IMG/VR virus record: IMGVR_UViG_3300032007_000006 | Span: 1 to 64,000 of that record | DNA from: a virus | Taxonomy: Duplodnaviria; Heunggongvirae; Uroviricota; Caudoviricetes | Length of the DNA stretch: 64,000 nucleotides | Direction: 5' to 3' (one strand) | Part shown: positions 24,671-35,400 of the stretch, piece by piece | How positions within the stretch are numbered: the first letter of the stretch is position 1 | Layout of the letters: the number at the start of each line of letters is the position of its first letter | Made by a program: the position numbers and the translations under genes | The notes under the pieces: generated by a model | Databases searched by the model: none | Seen by the model: only the letters and a program-made list of their open reading frames with translations | What the model was told of the DNA's origin: nothing

Positions 24671-27600
24671 CTATCCACCCTGATGCATTACCGTCATTGC
24701 GGCGGCGTCAAGATCAGTGGATTCCGCTGGTGGAGTAGTTGGAACGTATGGCATGTCCTGGGTTCCAGGGCCATCGGTGGATGGATTGTCCACAATTGGG
24801 TCTGGAATTTCTCCTCCATTTGGAAGCGAGAAGAGATTTGCATTCATTGCATCTCCAAGCAGAGGAGGCTCATCAACAGGCTTCGGAGGAGGAGTTTCGT
24901 TGATTCCTCTTTGTGCGGAGTCAAATGAAGATGCTTCCCTGTCTAGACCAGTGGAATCCTTCCAGTGCTGCGTTACGCCTACTGTAAGAAGCTGACCAAC
25001 GTTTGCTGGCTCTTCAGTCCACGAAAGCGTTCCAGTCTCTGGATCCCATTGAGGAGCAAATCCAGAATCATTGTCAAATCCATTTCCATTCCACTTCAGA
25101 ATGAAGGTTTCGGATGCACTTCCATGTCCAATGGTGACTTCAACCCAGCTATTTGCATCAGGATTTTCTGGATCAGCCTTGAGAATGTCCTGATCAACCT
25201 TCACTTCAACTGGAACGCCCCACCAGTCTGCATTGGCAATGACATGGTCTACGGATGCAATTGAAGCGTCTACATTGACTGCGGCTGAAGCGTCTTCATA
25301 TCCACCAGTCTGTACATGGTCGGCAATGAATGCACTGTCGCCATCTGCATCGCGTCCGCTTCTGAAATGGAGATCAATTTCATTCTCTCCATTGACAGTA
25401 AACTCCTGATATTCGCCAAACTTCCAGGTGCCGTCATTTCCAACTATGATGCTGAAGAGGAGTGGTCCATCTGCATTGTCGAGATGTCCATATATGATGG
25501 AATCTCCGCCTTCATATGAGAGCTGAACAGTATGGACGCTGCTGTCTGAAAGAACGACGTTTTCAATCTTGTTTCCCATTGCTTCGGCATCAAACGTGAT
25601 GGACTTGTCTCCAGTCATCCATCCATCGGCGCTGGCATGGATTTCAATCTGTCCTTCATAGGCATGGATTGGATCTTCCTGTGGAAGAGTGCTGAAGTCA
25701 ATCTTTCTTACAGTCCATTCATTGTCGGATACTGTCTTGTACTGGTTTCTCTTGCCAGGATCAATGGAATCGTTGTCTGGCGGAGAAATGACAACCATGT
25801 CAAATCCACCAGCAATTCCAGTACCGAACGTTCTTTCGCTTTCACCCTTTGACAGTCCAGTGGCCGCATCCCACCAGACCATTTCTCCATCGCGGTAGAA
25901 CGTGACTGTTGCCGCTTCTGGGAACTGACGGTCATTGGCCATTGACGTCGACTTTGGATCATAGCAGGCGCCAAATTCGATGGTGATGCCGTATGCAAGA
26001 TGTCCATCAAGGTCTACAACGACGGCCTGGCCCTGATGATTCACAATGTCATGCGAAATCTCCTTTCCATGCTCCCACTTTGCTCCGGAATGACAGTCAA
26101 GTCCCCAGTTTTGAGGCTTGGCCGCATTGCTGTTGTGGTTTGAATACTGAAGATAGTGATTCTTGTGTTCAAGAGAGTCCTGAACTCCGTCTAGAAGTCC
26201 CTGTGGAATCCATCCATTTTCATCATACTGCATAATGCCTGGAGACAGCGTAACGCCTTCTGCGGCCCAGAACTGAAGTCCATCAAGATTGTTGTGGAAT
26301 CTTGTTCCAGCCTGTCCATGAGTGAAGTCCATTGCAGGTCCACAGTCTATGAGGTTTCTTGTGGAAGCAGACATTCCAGCACTTGCATTGTCAAGCACAT
26401 GTCCACCCTTGACTTCCATCCAAGGAGCGTCGTCTTCAAATGCAATGCTCACGCTCTTGAATCCAGTCTTGTCTCCTTCCGTCCAGGCCGCCTTAATGCA
26501 GTCCAGAGCAATGGATTCGTCTGTCTGCAAAGCATCATTGTGAATGATGGACGCTCCACCAAGAAGCCTTGTGGACAGATGTCCATCATCGGAGACTTCA
26601 ACTTCCAGAACGTCTCTTTCCTCCACGCGGTTGAGCTGAACGCGACCAACAATGCGATGGTCATCAACCTTCACAAGTTCAATGTCTCTTTCAAGACCAT
26701 CAATCAGGGCCCTGAAGTCCTGTCCTGGCTGATGGTCTATTGCAAGAGTCCATTCAACGTGTCCAAAGAGGCTTGAAGAGCCACCGAGATAGATTGATGC
26801 CTCTGCATTTCCAGTGTCTTCTGGATTCTGCGAACCAGTGACAAACGTTTCGTCAAGAGAGCCAACGCTTTCGGCCATAGAAACGTCAATGTCTCTTTCA
26901 GCCGAATTGCATACGGGATTCTCATATTCCAGTCCATTCATTGATGGATTGGAGATTGAGGCTTCAACATGCACTGGCTCTCCATCAATTGTAGATTCAG
27001 GAAGGGCAAACGCAATGGAATCTGTCCACATTTCCCTGATTTCATCATAATGAAGATGCATGTCAAATGAACGTTCATTGACATTGAGAGTCAAGTCAAT
27101 GACTCCATCTCCAGCTGGCTGAGAAGAATAGACTTCAACGACACACTGACCATCTATTGAGTAGATTGTCGTGTTGAACACAGCCTCATCATGATCATCA
27201 ACAATGGAAGCCGTAGTGGCGTCTCCATAGTCTGGATTCTCCCAGACGTGATCATCATGCACGGCATTGACTATCTCTGCATTCCATTCATCCTTGCCGT
27301 TGATCAGAAGATCATCCTCTCTGACGTCAATCTCAATCTTGCCAGTCCAGCCATCTTCTTCGGTCCATGTCATTGGAACAAAGTAGTCCTCGCCTTCAAC
27401 ATTGACCTGTACGGTGAGGCTGCCAGTGGCAACAGGATCATCGGTAGCAATGTCAAAGACAATCTTCTTTGCATCTTCATCCAGATGCTGTCCAGCAATA
27501 GTGAACTTCACTTCATCAAGCGTATCCATAATCTGGACGTCAATTGGCTCCTGGAAGTCTCTGGTGTCAAATCCGCCACCAGCGATGGACATGATCTGCG

Positions 27601-30600
27601 CCTGGATAGTTTCGGCGTCAATGAACGGATCTTCGGTGTTTGCATTTTCAACGCTGAATGGAATTTCAACGTCTCCAGCAGAGATAGGAACTTCAATGAG
27701 GGCATCTCCAATCTTGACAAGAGCCGTGCAGTCTTCCCTTGGAGGATTGTCGAGAATGAGCGTTCCCGTGATGTCATTTCCTTCAAAGACTGCAGGAACT
27801 ACTAGTTCTGCATGGACATTGTATGGTTCATGCTCAATGAACACGTCCGTTTGTGTAGAATTGCATACAGGACTCTCATATTCCAGACCATTCATTGATG
27901 GATTGGAGATTGAGGCCTCAATATGCAGGGTTTGATCATTGATTCCAGGCTTTGGAAGTTCAAATGAGACTGAATTGGTCCAAAGCTCCCTTGCTTCATT
28001 CCACTGAAGATCAATCTGCTGGCTTTCGCCATTGACTGTCAAGACAAGAGATGGATGTCCTTCGGATGAATTTGGCTGTGCAGAAGTCACTTCAACAGCA
28101 TAATTGGATTCATTGACCGTAATGGACGTGTTGAAGACTGCATCGTCCTGGTTGTCTATGACCGTTGCTTCCGTTTCATCTCCGTAATTGGGGTTCTCCC
28201 ATTCATAGGAGTCATGCTGGGCGCTGACTACATAGGCCTCCATCACGTCCTCGCCATTTATGAGGAGGTCATTGTCTCTTACAGATACATCCACATGGCC
28301 TACCCAGCCAGCATCAGTCCATTCCATGTCGACCGAATAGTCTTCTCCGTCAATCTTGACTATTGCAGTCAATGCACCAGTTTGAACAGGATCATCGGAA
28401 GTGACCGTGAACCTTACGGTTTCGGCCGTCTCGTAAACATCCTCTCCAGTGATTGCAAACTTCACTTCGTCAATGGTGTCTAGAATGTCAACGGTGATTG
28501 GATCTTCAAGGCTAGTCGCATCATATCCACCGCCATTGATGGACACTATCTTAGCTTCAATCTGAGATGCGTCAATGAATGGATCTTCCTTGTTCGGATT
28601 CTCAACCGTGAAGGTGGCTTCATTCTCATTGGCCTTGACAGGCACTTCAATGGTGGCATCTCTAACCTTGACGGTTGCAATGCAGTCTTCAAGCGGAGCA
28701 TTGTCAAGAATGACCTTGCCTGCAATCTCGTTTCCTTCAAAGACTGAAGGAATTTCAAGATGGGGATTGACTGGCCAATACTCATGTTCAACCACGATGT
28801 CCTTCGTTGCAGAATTGAGGATTGGATTCTCATATTCCAATCCAAGCATTGATGGATTGGAGATTGAAGCCTCAACATGGACAGTTTCATCTGAATGCGT
28901 AGGAGCAGGAAGGTCAAAGGAGACGCTTTCAGTCCAAAGCTCCCTTGTTTCATCCCAATGCAGATCAATCTGCTGACTTTCTCCGTTGACGGTTAATGTC
29001 AGCGTTGGATGTCCATCAGATGAATTCGGCTGTGAGGAAGTCACTTCTACAATGTACTGACCATTAACAACGCTGATTGCAGTATTGAATACGGCATCAT
29101 CCACATTGTCAATGACGGTTGCTTCTGTCGTCTTTCCGTAGTTTGGATTCTCCCATTCATAGGAGTTGTGCTTTGCAGAGACAATGTATACATCAATGGT
29201 GTCCTTTCCGTTGATCAGCAAGTCATTCTCTCTGACTGGCACTTCAACCTGTCCAGTCCAAGTGTTGTCAACAAGATGCATCTCAACAGAGTATTCCCTG
29301 CCATCAATGCTTGCAACTACAGTCAATGAGCCAGTTTGCACTGGATCATCAGACGTGATGGTGAAGACAGTGGTTTCCGCAGTCTCATCCACATTCTGTC
29401 CAGTGATTGCAAACTTCACTTCATCAATGGTGTCGAGAATGTCAACGTTGATTGGATCTTGAAGGGAGACGGAATCATATCCACCACCATTGATGGAGAC
29501 GATTTCGGCCTGTACCGAAGATGCATCAATGAAAGGATCCTCTCCATTTGAATTATCCACAGTGAATGATGCTTCTGTTGCATTTGCTGGAATCGGCACT
29601 TCAACCGTTGCATCTCCAACCTTGACAAATGCAATGCAGTCGTCATTGAATGGAGCATTGTCAAGAATGACCTTTCCAGAGATTTCATTTCCTTCAAAAA
29701 CCGATGGAATCTCAAGATGTGCATTCACCAGCCAAGGTTCATGTTCAACCACAATGTCCTTCGTTGCAGAATTGAGGATTGGATTCTCATACTCCAGTCC
29801 AAGCATTGAAGGATTGGAGATTGAAGCATCAACGTGTATGGTTTCATCCGAATGCGTAGGAGCAGGCAGTTTGAATGCAGTGGATTCCGTCCAGATTTCT
29901 CTTGCTTCATCCCAATGCAGATTGATCTGCTGACTTTCACCATTGACCGTCAATGTCAACGATGGATGTCCTTCAGCAGAATATGGCTGTGTGGAAGTCA
30001 CTTCAACAATGTACTGTCCATCAACCACATTGATTGCAGTGTTGAAGACTGCATCATCAACGTTGTCAATGACAGTGACTTCTGTCTTTCCGCCGTAGTT
30101 TGGGTTCTCCCATTCATAAGCATCATGCCTTGCGGAGACAATGTGTGCTTCGATAGTATCCTTGCCGTTAATAAGAAGGTCATTTTCCCTTACAGGAACT
30201 TCAACGTGACCAATCCAGGAGCCGTCAATAAGCTCCATTTCAACGGAATATTCCTTTCCGTCAATGCTTGCGACTACGGTTAATGAGCCAGTCTGTACCG
30301 GATCATCGGACGTAATAGCGAACGTGGCTGTTGTGGCCGTTTCATCTACAGCTTCTCCAGTGATCGCGAACTTCACTTCGTCAATTGTGTCGAGAATGTC
30401 AACATTAATTGGACTGTCAATATTGACTTCGTCGTAACCGCCGCCGTTGATGGACTCTATGTGCGCCTCGATGCTTGAAGCATCAATGAACGGATCCTCA
30501 CCATTTGGATTGGATACGGTAAATTCAACTTCCATTGCATTGGCTGGAATCGGCACTTCAACCGTTTCGCTTCCTACAATGATTGTAGCAGTGCAGTCCT

Positions 30601-32254
30601 CAAAGGGGGCCTTGTCGAAAATGACCTTGCCTGCAATCTCGTTTCCTTCGAATACGGAAGGAATCTCTAGAGATGCATTGACTGCCCAGTGTTCGTGCTC
30701 TACAACAATGTCCTTGACGGCAGAATTGCAGACTGGATTTTCGTACTCAAGTCCCTTCATTGATGGATTGGAAATGGAAGCTTCCACATGCACAGTTTCA
30801 TCCGCATGGGTAGGAGCAGGCAGGTCGAAAGACACGCTTTCAGTCCACATTTCCCTTGCATCATCCCAATGGAGATCAATTTGTCTGTCTTCTCCATTGA
30901 CGCTCAAGGTAAGCGTTGGATGTCCTTCATTGGAGTTTGGCTGTGATGAAGTCACTTCAACAATGTAGTGTCCATCTTCAACGCTGATTGCAGTATTGAA
31001 TACTGTATCATCCTTGTTGTCTACAATTGATGCTTCAGATGCATTTCCATAGTTTGGATTCTCCCATTCCTTTCCATCATGAGAGGCGCTAATGACTTGT
31101 GCAGTCATAGTGTCCTTTCCGTTAACGAGGAGATCATTCTCCCTTACAGGCACTTCAACCTGTCCAGTCCATCCAGATTCGGTCCATTCCATTGGAACAG
31201 TGTATTCTGCACCATCTATATCAACAACTACAGTCAATGCACCAGTTTGCACTGGATCATTGGACATGATTGTGAATGTGGTTGTTGCTGCAGTTTCGTC
31301 AACGTTCTGACCAGTGACTGTAAACTTCACTTCGTCAATGGTGTCAAGAATGTTGACATTGATTGGGTTTTCCAGAGTAATGGAATCATATCCACCACCA
31401 TCAATGGAAACTATGCTGGCTTCAACGCTTGAAGCGTCAATGACTGGATCCTCTTCATTTGAATTGTCAAGGGAAAATTCAGCTTCAGTAGCTTCAGCAG
31501 ATAGAGGAACTTCAATGGTTCTATCGCCAATCTTGACTTGAATCGTGCACTCTTCTTTTGGAGAATTGTCAACAATAATCTTGCCGACAATAGTCTGCCC
31601 CTCAAAAACCGACGAAATATCAAGATGTGCATTGACATTATATGGTTCTGGTTCTGGTTCTGGAGTTGGTTCTGGAGTTGTCTCTGGTTCTGGCTCAGGA
31701 ACTGGAGTTGGCTCTGGTTCTGGCTTAGGAACTGGAGTTGGTTGAATTGCGTCTACATTTTGAGATGCTTCAGATAGGCCAGTTTCAAAGGTTTGTGCAT
31801 TCACCGAAATGTCATCATTGGAAACTTCGGTCATAGAAGATTCAATTGTGTTTGCAATTCTCTGCACCTGCTCAAATCCAATGTCAAGATGTCCAAGACG
31901 AGCAAGTCCTTCAAACAGGGCCATAGTTGACCACGAAGCAGAGTGACCACCTTGAACAGCCTGCTGTGACGCTTCTGGACCAGCGGCAGGCATGAGATTT
32001 TCGGCACCAAGTGCTGTAAAGAATTCATTTCCTGGAATTTCAACACCTTCAACTATGAATGTAGGCATTTCTTCCTTGGAATATCTTGAATAGAAGTTTT
32101 CAAGCACGACGGAAGAACCATCATCAAATTCAAATACAAGACTGTTTTCAACGCGATTCAGTCTTCCTTCGGAGGCTGAAAACTTCAACTCAATATCCTT
32201 GTCGGAAACTTCAATCGACATTATGCCATTATTAGGCTTTGTAATGGTTTGCAT
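24671..32254 (-). CDS. giant acidic LapA/BapA-like repetitive adhesin (2527 aa)
   Basis: N-terminal retention-module-like region ending LMPAAGP, PE-rich linker, five 318/319-aa Ig-like repeat units, unique C-terminal region; SD GGAGG. Confidence 0.85.
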   Translation of the reverse strand: MQTITKPNNGIMSIEVSDKDIELKFSASEGRLNRVENSLVFEFDDGSSVVLENFYSRYSKEEMPTFIVEGVEIPGNEFFTALGAENLMPAAGPEASQQAVQGGHSASWSTMALFEGLARLGHLDIGFEQVQRIANTIESSMTEVSNDDISVNAQTFETGLSEASQNVDAIQPTPVPKPEPEPTPVPEPEPETTPEPTPEPEPEPYNVNAHLDISSVFEGQTIVGKIIVDNSPKEECTIQVKIGDRTIEVPLSAEATEAEFSLDNSNEEDPVIDASSVEASIVSIDGGGYDSITLENPINVNILDTIDEVKFTVTGQNVDETAATTTFTIMSNDPVQTGALTVVVDIDGAEYTVPMEWTESGWTGQVEVPVRENDLLVNGKDTMTAQVISASHDGKEWENPNYGNASEASIVDNKDDTVFNTAISVEDGHYIVEVTSSQPNSNEGHPTLTLSVNGEDRQIDLHWDDAREMWTESVSFDLPAPTHADETVHVEASISNPSMKGLEYENPVCNSAVKDIVVEHEHWAVNASLEIPSVFEGNEIAGKVIFDKAPFEDCTATIIVGSETVEVPIPANAMEVEFTVSNPNGEDPFIDASSIEAHIESINGGGYDEVNIDSPINVDILDTIDEVKFAITGEAVDETATTATFAITSDDPVQTGSLTVVASIDGKEYSVEMELIDGSWIGHVEVPVRENDLLINGKDTIEAHIVSARHDAYEWENPNYGGKTEVTVIDNVDDAVFNTAINVVDGQYIVEVTSTQPYSAEGHPSLTLTVNGESQQINLHWDEAREIWTESTAFKLPAPTHSDETIHVDASISNPSMLGLEYENPILNSATKDIVVEHEPWLVNAHLEIPSVFEGNEISGKVILDNAPFNDDCIAFVKVGDATVEVPIPANATEASFTVDNSNGEDPFIDASSVQAEIVSINGGGYDSVSLQDPINVDILDTIDEVKFAITGQNVDETAETTVFTITSDDPVQTGSLTVVASIDGREYSVEMHLVDNTWTGQVEVPVRENDLLINGKDTIDVYIVSAKHNSYEWENPNYGKTTEATVIDNVDDAVFNTAISVVNGQYIVEVTSSQPNSSDGHPTLTLTVNGESQQIDLHWDETRELWTESVSFDLPAPTHSDETVHVEASISNPSMLGLEYENPILNSATKDIVVEHEYWPVNPHLEIPSVFEGNEIAGKVILDNAPLEDCIATVKVRDATIEVPVKANENEATFTVENPNKEDPFIDASQIEAKIVSINGGGYDATSLEDPITVDILDTIDEVKFAITGEDVYETAETVRFTVTSDDPVQTGALTAIVKIDGEDYSVDMEWTDAGWVGHVDVSVRDNDLLINGEDVMEAYVVSAQHDSYEWENPNYGDETEATVIDNQDDAVFNTSITVNESNYAVEVTSAQPNSSEGHPSLVLTVNGESQQIDLQWNEARELWTNSVSFELPKPGINDQTLHIEASISNPSMNGLEYESPVCNSTQTDVFIEHEPYNVHAELVVPAVFEGNDITGTLILDNPPREDCTALVKIGDALIEVPISAGDVEIPFSVENANTEDPFIDAETIQAQIMSIAGGGFDTRDFQEPIDVQIMDTLDEVKFTIAGQHLDEDAKKIVFDIATDDPVATGSLTVQVNVEGEDYFVPMTWTEEDGWTGKIEIDVREDDLLINGKDEWNAEIVNAVHDDHVWENPDYGDATTASIVDDHDEAVFNTTIYSIDGQCVVEVYSSQPAGDGVIDLTLNVNERSFDMHLHYDEIREMWTDSIAFALPESTIDGEPVHVEASISNPSMNGLEYENPVCNSAERDIDVSMAESVGSLDETFVTGSQNPEDTGNAEASIYLGGSSSLFGHVEWTLAIDHQPGQDFRALIDGLERDIELVKVDDHRIVGRVQLNRVEERDVLEVEVSDDGHLSTRLLGGASIIHNDALQTDESIALDCIKAAWTEGDKTGFKSVSIAFEDDAPWMEVKGGHVLDNASAGMSASTRNLIDCGPAMDFTHGQAGTRFHNNLDGLQFWAAEGVTLSPGIMQYDENGWIPQGLLDGVQDSLEHKNHYLQYSNHNSNAAKPQNWGLDCHSGAKWEHGKEISHDIVNHQGQAVVVDLDGHLAYGITIEFGACYDPKSTSMANDRQFPEAATVTFYRDGEMVWWDAATGLSKGESERTFGTGIAGGFDMVVISPPDNDSIDPGKRNQYKTVSDNEWTVRKIDFSTLPQEDPIHAYEGQIEIHASADGWMTGDKSITFDAEAMGNKIENVVLSDSSVHTVQLSYEGGDSIIYGHLDNADGPLLFSIIVGNDGTWKFGEYQEFTVNGENEIDLHFRSGRDADGDSAFIADHVQTGGYEDASAAVNVDASIASVDHVIANADWWGVPVEVKVDQDILKADPENPDANSWVEVTIGHGSASETFILKWNGNGFDNDSGFAPQWDPETGTLSWTEEPANVGQLLTVGVTQHWKDSTGLDREASSFDSAQRGINETPPPKPVDEPPLLGDAMNANLFSLPNGGEIPDPIVDNPSTDGPGTQDMPYVPTTPPAESTDLDAAAMTVMHQGG
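26880..31645 (-). repeat. five tandem ~954-bp coding repeats in the adhesin
   Basis: VFEG anchors at 31598, 30644, 29690, 28733, 27779 (periods 954, 954, 957, 954). Confidence 0.9.
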
Positions 32255-32355
32255 TGTATATTTCCTCCAATGTCGCTATTGGTTGAATTTTTATAAAGTA
32301 CAGAAAGACATCACGACCTTTCTATGTCAATTTAATGATTTGAGCCATTTTTAAA

Positions 32356-32384
32356 AAAATAGCACGAAATCGCGGAGATGTCAA
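32356..32384 (-). promoter_or_regulatory. sigma70-type promoter of the adhesin
   Basis: TTGACA-17bp-TATTTT, extended TG. Confidence 0.7.
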
Positions 32385-32403
32385 CCTGGATGTTCGTTTA
32401 AGC

Positions 32404-32410
32404 GTAAATA
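32404..32410 (+). promoter_or_regulatory. T4-like late promoter box
   Basis: GTAAATA 27 nt before the ATG; the same box recurs at 10314, 37971, 45291, 51762, 55762 (+) and 7054, 9417, 10238, 11966 (-). Confidence 0.7.
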
Positions 32411-32437
32411 ACTAGATCTTCTACAGCAGCCACGCAA

Positions 32438-35400
32438 ATGGACACGACTTCTGCCACATCAACTCCTCTATCAATCAAAAACATACTGGAATCTGTTGCT
32501 GATGCCAGGGAAAATCTGATACAGCGGCTTCAAGGTATCGAAGATAATCTGAATAAAAAGTACGGACAGGAAATTACTGCTCTGGAATCGGATTATACTA
32601 GAAATACAAAAGCTGAGGAAGAAAAGTATCAGAATGACAGGCAGAAACTGATAAAAGAACATCCCGATGACAAGTCGCGTTTGGAAGAACTGGAGAAGAA
32701 GCACACAGAAACTTTAAAGTCGTTTCAAGAAAAGCTGAATAAAGCAGTTCATGATGTCAAAAGCAAAGCCATTGAAGAGATTATTGGCGTAATTAGCGGA
32801 ATAGACAGCAGACTTTCAAAAGATGATCTGACATTCAGTGATTTAGGTTATGTCCTTAATCAAATAAAGGCTGAACTTACAATTAATTCTGCTGTCAAAT
32901 TTCTTAGTGAATGGCATGACAACATTCAAACCCTGTCAAAAGGTCTAAGTGACGATACAGGTTTTGCCGCAAAGAAATACAGCGAATTGAAGACGCTGCT
33001 TGCCAAAAGCGAAGAAAGCGCCAAGAAGGTAACGGAAGGAGTATCCAATGTTGGCGAGAGCATGGCTGAGGCGGATGCTCAATTTAAAGAAGCATTTGAT
33101 GGCATTATTAGAGATTTTGCGAAGAAAATTACAGAAGAAAATAAAACAGACAAAGATCTTCTGAATGCAATTGCAATAGCCCACGGTGGGGCAGAAAAAA
33201 GTCTGGAAGATTTAAAGAAAACATATAGCACTCTTGATGGTGTACAAGATCAAAAAATTGAAGGTGCTTTAAAGAAAAGCATTGTTGAAATGCTTAGAGC
33301 AAGACATAAAGATCTTGATAAAAACGAAGAAGCACTTGATAAGATTGCAGATGTATACATTAAGCATGCCCAGAGTCGCAAGAAACTTGTTAGCGCAGTC
33401 GAAGGTGCTGAATCTGGATGGGAGAAGGCCAGAAAGGTAAGAGAGAAATATATTGCCAAGGATACAGTTGGCGGCCGACTTCTTAAAATGATTGTTGCTG
33501 GTTCAAAGGCAAGCAAAGAGAAAAGAGGTTTCTATGCTGGAATGCGGGATTCCATAAAGGAGGATGTCAGAAAGGACTATGACAGCTTCTTTTATAAGGA
33601 TGCAACAGGGCTTTTGGGAAATGGTCGTGCTTATCTTGGTGCTTTTCTTGAATCATTATTTCTTCACAAAAGGAAGATCAAGACTGCCGAAAAGGATTTT
33701 CAGAAGAATGGTGAAGAAGCCGAACAGAAAATAAGACAAATTGCCACATCTGCAGGAAAAGTACAGCCTTCTATAGGAACAGGCGGAAATTCAACTGCAC
33801 CAGAAGTAGCTACTGGAAAAGCTTCTGGACATGCAGCCGGAAAAAGAAATATTGAGGATGGAATCCATGTAGTCGGTGAAAAAGGTGCTGAACTTTTAGT
33901 AAAGCAAGGTAATTCCGTATCAGTTCTACAGATAAAGCCTGATGTTTCGGCTCCAGCCAGCATTGGAGTGTCTCCAAGTGGAGCATCCCAGGGACAGTCA
34001 ATGGAATCTTCTGCCGAGTTTGAAAGAAAGCAGCAGGAGACGGAAGATCGGCATTCCATTGCAAAGCATACAGAAACTATTGTTGAACTTCTCCGCGAAG
34101 GAAATGAAATCGCAAAAAAGAAGGAAACGGAAAAGAAAGGCGGAGGAAGTCTGCTCGATAGTCTGTTTGGATTGCTTGGAATGTTTAAGCCTCTTTTGAA
34201 GAATCTTCTCAAGGGACTCGGAAAGCTTGGAAAATTCGGCGCAAGTCTGTTTAAAAAGGCAGGTTCATTGCTTGGAAGAGGGGCAAGGGGACTCGGTGGT
34301 GCATTGAAAACTGGTGGAAGAATGGGTTTGAATGCATTAAAAGGTGCTGGAGGACTCGCTAAAGGCATATTGGGAAAGCTTGGACCTGCCGCGATGATTG
34401 GAATGGGTTTGTATGATGCCTATCAAGGATGGAATGATGAAGATCTGCACAGAAGAGCATTTGGATTAAAAGAAGGAGAAAAGGCCAGTACAGGACAGAA
34501 GATTCAGGCAGGAATGGCAAGTGCTGGTGCAGGTATTCTTAATATTGGTTCTGACATAGCAAGTTTTTTTGGGATGGATAGTCTTGCCGAAAAAATACGC
34601 ATAGATCCTGCTACATTGGCTCAAGCCTATCAAACTCCACTAAAGTCTTTCGGCAAGATGATTACTGGTCTTACAGATGGAGTTCCAATTCTTGGAGATG
34701 CAGTAAAGGGACTAGGCGATTTCATTGATTCAAGTCCAATGCTGAAAGGTGCAGTGGACTGGCTTGATGATCATAATCCAACCAAGCTGTTGACGGAAGG
34801 AATTGGCTCGGCTGTAGACTGGATTAGTTCAGATCACAAGTGGGAAGATGTAAAGAAAGGATGTGGAAATATTCTTGGCACTATTAGTGGTGGCATGTCA
34901 GATCTTTGGAAGGGAATTACTGGCAACTTTTCAAAAACAAATGACTGGCTCAAGAAAAAGTCTGACGTTGTTTTCAATTTCATTAAGGAATACAATCCAT
35001 TGGCTCTAATCTTAAAGGGTTATGAAAAGATTAAGGGATTTGTGATGGAGAAGTATCAAAAGATAACTTCGTGGTGGGAAGAGAATAATCCATTCAATCC
35101 AATAATCAATTTCTTTACTTCAATTGGAGAATTCTTTAAGAGTTTAAAGCTCAGTTCCATGCTGGAAAATGTACTTGACATTCCAGGAAGAGACTATCTT
35201 CTTGGCTGGCTTAGAGATAAGGGACTTGCATCTGGTGCATATGTGCGTTCGTCTTCAAGAGGAACTCTTGCAGTCATAGGCGAAGGAAAGGAAGATGAAG
35301 CAGTTATGCCAATATCAAAACTGGCCAGATTTGCCTTGGAATCGTTTGATCTTCTAGAAGGAAGAATGTCTGGATTTGCAAATGCCGATACGCATCACGG

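Noticed and set aside
32255-32350. c-di-GMP riboswitch in the adhesin leader
   Set aside because: Only short hairpins are present; no recognisable class I/II aptamer motifs
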